Below, piece after piece: positions 16,403 to 19,155 of a stretch of DNA of 19,155 nucleotides. Under the pieces are notes generated by a model. It saw only the letters and a program-made list of their open reading frames with translations. It was not told the origin of the DNA and made no database searches. The DNA is from an uncultured Nitrososphaerota archaeon. GTDB taxonomy: Archaea; Thermoproteota; EX4484-205; JAAOZO01. The stretch is taken from positions 1-19,155 of the forward strand of contig CAYOYV010000019.1 of NCBI GenBank assembly GCA_964408285.1. The letters are read 5' to 3'. The number at the start of each line of letters is the position of its first letter. Position 1 is the first letter of the stretch. A program made the translations under genes and the position numbers.

Positions 16403-17485
16403 CTATTGCTGAGAGGCCCATTGAATGAATTCATCGGTGCTTGAGAATTTCTTATACTGAGTCTGCGAGAAGACGAGTGTTATGCGAACATTTTTCTGAC
16501 CTTGGTTATTCCAGTATTGGATCCAGTCACCTACGGCGGTGCCAACGTCTTTGGAAGCAAGGTTCCCAAGAGTGTCTCGAGTGAAGAACCTGCCTGCGGG
16601 GTCCAAGATGGTGAGCTTTCCTCCAACGACGGGAAATGCAACGGCCAAATGGCCGCTAGATTCGCTCTGGAATTCAACCACCCATATCGTATATTCCTTC
16701 TTATTGTAGTTCCCTATCATGCTGATTAGCAGTAGGGCTTGGTCCTCACAATCTCCATGCCTATCTGCTATAGTCTCGTTCGGAAACCGCCAAAACTCAG
16801 TTCGCCACTGCAATAATCCGCCCATTTCAGGAATTTCCGGAAGGGGAGAATCATAGCTGTAGGCAATGTTATTTATGACCCAGTCATACATCTTCCTCAG
16901 GTCGCTCCAATATTCATTCCAGTCTGATGTGTTACTCCAACCCCCTGTCACCTGATTGACCAAGTCTCCCACCTTCGTATCATCAGGGGTGACGAAGCTC
17001 TTGCGGTTCTCCGCAAATCCAAGTCTGAGATTGATCTGATCTCTTATTGATGCGTACCAATTCCCTGTATCCGTTTTCTCTGCGCTCAACGAGGAATAGC
17101 GTGACTGAAGAATCGAGTAGGTGGTCTGCAGAGATTGATGTTGCTGTTCGAGTGAAGCATAGGATGTGCGTAGCGATTGATAATTGCTCTGCAGGTCAGA
17201 ATAAGATCGTACAAGATTGCTGTAATTGTCCTGCAGTTGGATGTGTTGCGAATTGAGGGAATTGTAGGAAGACTGGAGGTAGTCGTATCTAGAAGAAAGA
17301 GCCGCATACCTGGTCGAGAGGTCCTGATAGGAAGATTGCAGGCTCAGATATTGATAAAGGGTTGCCACGAGAAGTACTGACATGAATGCAGGAATCAGGA
17401 GTCCCCTGAGATTCCACGCTTGTTTCGTGGCGGCTGGTGGAGGCGGTGCTGGAGGCAATTCATGCAAAACATGACGTCTTGGCAT
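16403..17485 (-). CDS. Membrane-anchored coiled-coil protein with C-terminal transglutaminase-like domain
   Basis: Pro-rich N-terminus, one TM helix, 13 (Y/H)xxL heptads, then a Cys-His-Asp triad (GDCEDQA, GHLA, ILDP). Minus-strand TTATATAA at 17513-17506. Confidence 0.85.
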   Translation of the reverse strand: MPRRHVLHELPPAPPPPAATKQAWNLRGLLIPAFMSVLLVATLYQYLSLQSSYQDLSTRYAALSSRYDYLQSSYNSLNSQHIQLQDNYSNLVRSYSDLQSNYQSLRTSYASLEQQHQSLQTTYSILQSRYSSLSAEKTDTGNWYASIRDQINLRLGFAENRKSFVTPDDTKVGDLVNQVTGGWSNTSDWNEYWSDLRKMYDWVINNIAYSYDSPLPEIPEMGGLLQWRTEFWRFPNETIADRHGDCEDQALLLISMIGNYNKKEYTIWVVEFQSESSGHLAVAFPVVGGKLTILDPAGRFFTRDTLGNLASKDVGTAVGDWIQYWNNQGQKNVRITLVFSQTQYKKFSSTDEFIQWASQQ

Positions 17486-17564
17486 TCTTCACAAATTCCT
17501 GATGATTATATAAGCATGAATCTGTCAAAATCCAAGAAAAGCGCTCATGGCACGGCCATCTCAT

Positions 17565-17606
17565 CGCACGCGAGGTGCCATCATCAATGTGCGTGTAGTC
17601 GCACGC
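17565..17606. repeat. Cluster of alternating tracts (CGCACGCG, ATGTGCGTGTA, CGCACGC)
   Basis: Three tracts in the divergent intergenic region. Confidence 0.55.
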
Positions 17607-17689
17607 TGCAACTTTCGCCTACAGGATTATACAGATGATGCTAATACACGCTTATAAACAGAGGCAAGCTATGTCTCATCGAGAGGCAT

Positions 17690-18217
17690 TTGCCAGTTTG
17701 TCCCCATTGCGGAAAATTGATACGATTTGACTCAAAATACTGTGGACAATGTGGCAAGTCAGTTGATCTCAAGGGCGAATACCTCCCCGCCCCGCCTCCT
17801 CCGATCGAATCAGAGAAGAGGGAGTCTATTCCGACGGGCGAGATATCCATTATGGAGGAGGAGATTCCAGACAGCTCGAGACTTCCTGGAGTTGATATTG
17901 AGAAATTCCTAGGTTTTGACGAAAGGATCATCTTCCGTACGGAAGGGGAGGTCTGGTTCGGAGATCACAAAGCACATGCGTATGTCACGAACAATCGCAT
18001 CTTGTTTTATCACAGAGAACCAAAGTTGATGGATTCCTTTCAGGAAGATGAGCTGGACGAGATATTCCCAACTTCGGTGAAAAGAATTTCACTTGTGGAG
18101 AGCGGGCTTATCGTGAAGAAGATGACGCTTAGAATGGACGAGCACGAGATTGCGGGAGACCGTAATGATCTCATCGGCCTCTACAAGGCGATCCAATACG
18201 TGCGGGCTCAGGCTTGA
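17690..18217 (+). CDS. Zinc-ribbon protein with putative PH-like C-terminal domain
   Basis: CPHCG...YCGQCG, a Pro-rich linker, then ERIIF...AYVTNNRILFY typical of bacterial PH/GRAM-like domains. TTATAAA at 17652-17658 and a GAGAGG SD. Confidence 0.8.
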   Translation: MPVCPHCGKLIRFDSKYCGQCGKSVDLKGEYLPAPPPPIESEKRESIPTGEISIMEEEIPDSSRLPGVDIEKFLGFDERIIFRTEGEVWFGDHKAHAYVTNNRILFYHREPKLMDSFQEDELDEIFPTSVKRISLVESGLIVKKMTLRMDEHEIAGDRNDLIGLYKAIQYVRAQA

Positions 18218-18227
18218 ACGCGCGCAT
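18218..18227. repeat. CG tract ACGCGCGCAT
   Basis: Immediately follows the TGA of the zinc-ribbon gene. Confidence 0.8.
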
Positions 18228-18306
18228 CAAGTTGCTGCCCAATTGAAGGAACCGCGCTCAAGAAGTCTTATAAACAAAGGCATGACTATTGCGATAGAAA
18301 TATATT

Positions 18307-18813
18307 TTGACTAGGTCAGGAAGGTCGGCTGAAATCAGGGCTCCACCTGACAAAGTATGGGAAATGATTGCCTTGGACAGGATGCCAGAATGGGTGGAAG
18401 GGGGGTTGAATGTGGGGTAAACTTCCGAGGTGCGCACACCCGAAGACAAGTATAGAGTCGGCGCGACTGCTCACATGACAGTAAAATGGGAAGGGGAACA
18501 TGATGTGGAGATCACCGAGAGTATCGAAAACGAGAAGATGACATATCGTTCGAAGCCCCCATATTACAAGTACACTGCGACATATATGCTGAAACCAGTT
18601 GAGGAGGGAACCGAACTCACGATGATGAGTGACTATGAAATGCCTTGGGGGATACTTGGCAAGTTCCTCCTATTGTTCTTTCAGAGAGCAGGCGAAAAGG
18701 AGATCGAGAAAGCGTTAGAGAAGTTGAAAAGCATTCTGGAGAAACAGACGAGCGCGACGTTTTTATGCTCATTTCCTGAAAAACCCAATGTCGTTCGAGC
18801 GGGATGGCAATAA
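18307..18813 (+). pseudogene. SRPBCC (polyketide cyclase/START-like) family gene with in-frame TAA at 18418-18420
   Basis: From TTG 18307: MTRSGRSAEIRAPPDKVWEMIALDRMPEWVEGGLNVG*TSEVRTPEDKYRVGA...LKPVEEGTELT...YEMPWGILGK...LEKLKSILEK. The frame is the same on both sides of the stop. CTTATAAA at 18267-18274. Confidence 0.8.
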
Positions 18814-18819
18814 AGAATC

Positions 18820-19155
18820 ATGAAGCGGAAAGAAGGAATTTCGAATAGGAGCTCCACAAAACGTAAGTGGTATGACCTAATAGGTCAGTCAGGCCTACCA
18901 ATCGTTCATCCGGGTGGAGCTCAGGCCACAAGGCAGCTTCTAGAGATGTGCGGAGTGAATCAAGACAAGAAAGTGTTCGATGCAGGCTGCGGTACAGGGT
19001 GGACAGCCTGCGAAACCGCAAGATCGCGTGGTGCCCATGTTGTGGGGATTGACCTTTCTGAGACGATGATTGTCAGAGCAAGAGAAAGAGCGCATGAAAT
19101 GAATCTGGAGGACAAGATCGAATTCTGCGTCGCAGACATCTTCCGGCTACCATTC
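18820..19155 (+). CDS. Class I SAM-dependent methyltransferase, N-terminal part (runs off window; not in ORF track)
   Basis: MKRKEG...HPGGAQATRQLLEMCGVNQDKKVFDAGCGTGWTAC...VVGIDLSETMI...VADIFRLPF. Confidence 0.9.
   Translation, partial: MKRKEGISNRSSTKRKWYDLIGQSGLPIVHPGGAQATRQLLEMCGVNQDKKVFDAGCGTGWTACETARSRGAHVVGIDLSETMIVRARERAHEMNLEDKIEFCVADIFRLPF

Noticed and set aside
18418-18420. Stop-codon recoding in the SRPBCC gene
   Set aside because: The codon is TAA, not TGA/TAG as used for Sec/Pyl. TAA ends other genes here, and the gene shows other signs of decay.
1-19155. Canonical integron (attC) or CRISPR array as explanation of the junction motif
   Set aside because: No integrase or cas gene, no consistent RYYYAAC...GTTRRRY folded sites, no 25-40 bp repeats with regular spacers, and gene orientation is mixed.

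Overview
Archaeal-looking accessory region. TATA-box promoters sit about 25-30 nt before start codons, and the MFS, SRPBCC and transglutaminase-like proteins resemble those of Bathyarchaeia; the taxon is inferred, not shown. About 20 functionally unrelated, mostly monocistronic genes occur in mixed orientation: an MFS transporter 3' end, an Asp-box sialidase-like protein, a Gfo/Idh/MocA oxidoreductase, two class I SAM methyltransferases, a PHP hydrolase, GHL10-like and GH38 glycoside hydrolases, a frameshifted P-type H+-ATPase, a coiled-coil transglutaminase-like protein, a zinc-ribbon protein, an SRPBCC pseudogene and several orphan membrane proteins. The main unexplained structure is a short alternating purine-pyrimidine CG-rich tract (CGCGCG / ACGCGCGT / CACGCGTG variants) at almost every gene junction. 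By manual scan, 12 of 13 CGCGCG loci are intergenic or at a gene end, although intergenic DNA is only about 15% of the window. Several tracts abut stop codons, and three or four headless gene remnants begin at such a tract. This suggests a cassette-like patchwork in which the CG tracts are recombination or insertion junctions. No recombinase, tRNA, rRNA, CRISPR array or canonical attC site was seen.
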